A stretch of DNA of 64,000 bases from Candidatus Thalassarchaeum sp. (GTDB taxonomy: Archaea > Thermoplasmatota > Poseidoniia > Poseidoniales > Thalassarchaeaceae). Position numbers and translations under genes: made by a program. The notes under the pieces are model-generated. The model was given only the letters and a program-made list of their open reading frames with translations. It made no database searches and was not told the DNA's origin. How positions within the stretch are numbered: the first letter of the stretch is position 1; the number at the start of each line of letters is the position of its first letter. Shown here one piece after another: positions 61,829-64,000 of this stretch. The DNA lies in assembly GCA_022451235.1 (NCBI GenBank), contig JAKUOA010000006.1, positions 44,413 to 108,412 of the forward strand, written 5' to 3'.

Positions 61829-63235
61829 GTGAGCGCGCGAACTTTGCTCTCAGCCCGAGGGTTGGTTGTTGATCGAGGCGCCCGAAAGGTGCTTCGAGAT
61901 GTTGACTTTTCACTCTCTGAGGGTGAGGTCGTTGGTTTGTTGGGAGTAAACGGTTCAGGAAAGTCCACTTTGTTAGAATCGCTTGCAGGATTACATCCAA
62001 TGACTGGCGGAAGTGTTCAAAGAAACGACAGGGGATTTGAAACTACGGTTAGAGACTCGGAAGGTCAGCGTGGAGATATCTCCGGTTTTGGCCTTTGTTT
62101 GCAAACTGAGGGGATGTCTGGTGACGAAACAGTACTCGAAAGAATTCGTGGTGCTTGTAGAGTTGCTGGACTTGCAGATAACTCAGAAGCACTCAATGAA
62201 ATAATCTCAGAATGGGGCCTTGGACACCGAGCAGATGATAGAATATGCAAACTCTCTGGTGGTCTACGCAGAAGAGTTGCAGTTCTGTCCGCAATTGTTC
62301 CAGTTGCTCTGAATTCTGAGCCATCGGTAGTTCTTCTTGATGAACCATCAGAGGGACTCGACCAATCATCTCGAGGACAGTTGTTAGGGTGGTTAAGAGC
62401 ACTAGCAATGAGAGGCCATGGGGTTCTAGTTGCGACTCACGACCCTGAAGTCATAACCGCTTGCGACAGAACTGTCACCATCAGCGAGACCTCAGAATTG
62501 ACAAGTAAGGTACAGGAATCAAACCTAGAACATACAAATCTTCCAGATCCCTCCGCATCAGAATACCATAGAGAATTAGTTGCTTGGACTTGGAGACTTG
62601 AAAGACGCAACCCAATCGATACAATTGGACGCGGAGTCCCTGCCTTGGTCGCCTTATTGCTAGCATTTACACTGTCTACAGATATCGCTAGGAGCAGTGA
62701 AAATTATGATTTGTTAGCCGCTCTAATTCTAACCCCTGCTTTCATCACAGCTATTGTTACTCCAGCTATTATCAAACGACTCGCAGAAGAGAGAGCGGGA
62801 GATTGGTGGAGGGCAATGACCGGTGCCAGCTCAAGAGGCTGGTTTTCCATAATGGGTGTCTCATTGATTCTACCACTGCCAATAATTTACATCTCATGGT
62901 TTGTTATTGCCGACGATACAGCATTGGAAGCAATGAATTCTGATGTTATGTTGTGGCTGTGGTTATTCGCGTTCCTAATCATTGACCTAAGTGTGGCCGC
63001 TTCGGCTTTGCATCTGATGGTGTCCGATCTTACTAGAGCCGGTGCTGTAGCGGGAATTTTATTGCAGCTAGTTCTAATCTGGCCATTCCTGCAAATGACT
63101 AGCGCTCTGACTTCGATAATGAGCAATGGAATGAGTTTTGAATTAGCGCTAGGTGAACCTATTGCAGACATCGCTATAGCATGGCTGACTGTGGTTTTAT
63201 TGTGGGCAATGGCAGTCATCATCCCTGAGGATTGA
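61829..63235 (+). CDS. ABC ATPase fused to a permease; CcmA-CcmB-like heme exporter
   Basis: GVNGSGKST, LSGG, LLDEP, ATHD, then about 6 TM; directly upstream of ccmC. Confidence 0.75.
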   Translation: MSARTLLSARGLVVDRGARKVLRDVDFSLSEGEVVGLLGVNGSGKSTLLESLAGLHPMTGGSVQRNDRGFETTVRDSEGQRGDISGFGLCLQTEGMSGDETVLERIRGACRVAGLADNSEALNEIISEWGLGHRADDRICKLSGGLRRRVAVLSAIVPVALNSEPSVVLLDEPSEGLDQSSRGQLLGWLRALAMRGHGVLVATHDPEVITACDRTVTISETSELTSKVQESNLEHTNLPDPSASEYHRELVAWTWRLERRNPIDTIGRGVPALVALLLAFTLSTDIARSSENYDLLAALILTPAFITAIVTPAIIKRLAEERAGDWWRAMTGASSRGWFSIMGVSLILPLPIIYISWFVIADDTALEAMNSDVMLWLWLFAFLIIDLSVAASALHLMVSDLTRAGAVAGILLQLVLIWPFLQMTSALTSIMSNGMSFELALGEPIADIAIAWLTVVLLWAMAVIIPED

Positions 63236-63246
63236 ATGGTGAGAAA

Positions 63247-63972
63247 ATGAATTTTCGTGATTCCGGTTATGCTCTGACATATCTTGGACTTGCAGGTATC
63301 GTATTTGTTGCAATTCTTGGTTTGGAGTACGCTCCCGGGTTGAAACCATGTACTGGAGGGGGTTGTTGGGGGGCTCCAGAAGCCTACAGAATTCTCTATC
63401 TTCACGTCCCATTTGCTTGGTGTTCATTCTTATCTTTCAGTATCCTATTTTATGGCTCATTGATGTGGTACCTCAAGCGTAGTGAAGACGCTTGGGTTTA
63501 CTTTCAGAGTGGGTCCGATCTTGGTGTAATTTTTGGATTAGGAGTAATTACTTCCGGACCAATTTGGGCATCTGCAGAATGGGGCCGGCCTTGGGATTGG
63601 GGTGATATGAGACTCAATTCCTTCGCCTTACTCACTGCGGTTGCTTTGTTTCTAGTATATTCTCGTCAATCTCAACCCGACACACAACAAAACCGAGATA
63701 CTCTATCAGCAGTTGGTTTGTTCGGCTTCGCCTTAGTCCCGATTACTGCCGGTGCAACCACTTGGTGGGACACTACTCATCCTGAAGTTTTGATTGTAGA
63801 GTCAGGCGAAACATTAGGAATGAGTCCTGAGGTACGATCATTCCTGCTAATCAGTTTTGGACTAATGTGCATTTTATTCACGGGTTTACTAATACTTTCA
63901 AACAAACGATATCGCCTTGCTGCGGAGGTGTCTAGTAGAAAGAATGAGCTTGATCAGGAGGCGATATCTTGA
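63247..63972 (+). CDS. ccmC: Cytochrome c biogenesis heme exporter CcmC
   Basis: RILYLHVPFAW, WWD domain GPIWASAEWGRPWDWGDMRL, WWDTTHP. Confidence 0.88.
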   Translation: MNFRDSGYALTYLGLAGIVFVAILGLEYAPGLKPCTGGGCWGAPEAYRILYLHVPFAWCSFLSFSILFYGSLMWYLKRSEDAWVYFQSGSDLGVIFGLGVITSGPIWASAEWGRPWDWGDMRLNSFALLTAVALFLVYSRQSQPDTQQNRDTLSAVGLFGFALVPITAGATTWWDTTHPEVLIVESGETLGMSPEVRSFLLISFGLMCILFTGLLILSNKRYRLAAEVSSRKNELDQEAIS

Positions 63973-64000
63973 GTGGTATTACGGAAGCCTACATAGCCTA
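63969..64000 (+). CDS. Start of a probable next gene (possibly CcmD-like), truncated by window edge
   Basis: TTGA overlap with the ccmC stop; reads MSGITEAYIA... Confidence 0.3.
   Translation, partial: MSGITEAYIA

Overview
A densely packed, streamlined archaeal chromosome segment. Gene content points to Marine Group II Euryarchaeota (Ca. Poseidoniales, Thermoplasmatota); this is inferred from content, not from a search. Archaeal markers: A-type ATP synthase C-F-A-B-D, aIF2-gamma, eS6, uL16/L10e, Orc1/Cdc6 and Dph2. Bacterial-type genes: GyrAB, MutSL, class II HMG-CoA reductase and SufCBD. Also present: smc-scpA-scpB, large surface proteases (S8/CARDB and HExxH/PKD), a ccm heme-export locus and tRNA-Ser(GCT). 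No IS element, integrase, CRISPR array or rRNA was seen. The strongest unexplained signal is an AT-rich intergenic array of about 8 helically phased RCGTKAA repeats (17128-17299). It sits directly upstream of a gene for a degenerate AAA/P-loop domain, long acidic linker and winged helix, between smc-scpAB and cdc6, and is a candidate non-canonical origin or centromere/SMC-loading module. Other leads: a membrane-anchored Smr nuclease, an uncalled 47-aa Cys-rich microprotein ending the suf operon, a catalytically dead M50-like protein, a CcmA-CcmB fusion, a possible rhomboid/GlyGly-type surface-protease release system, and recurring perfect short-loop palindromes near start codons.
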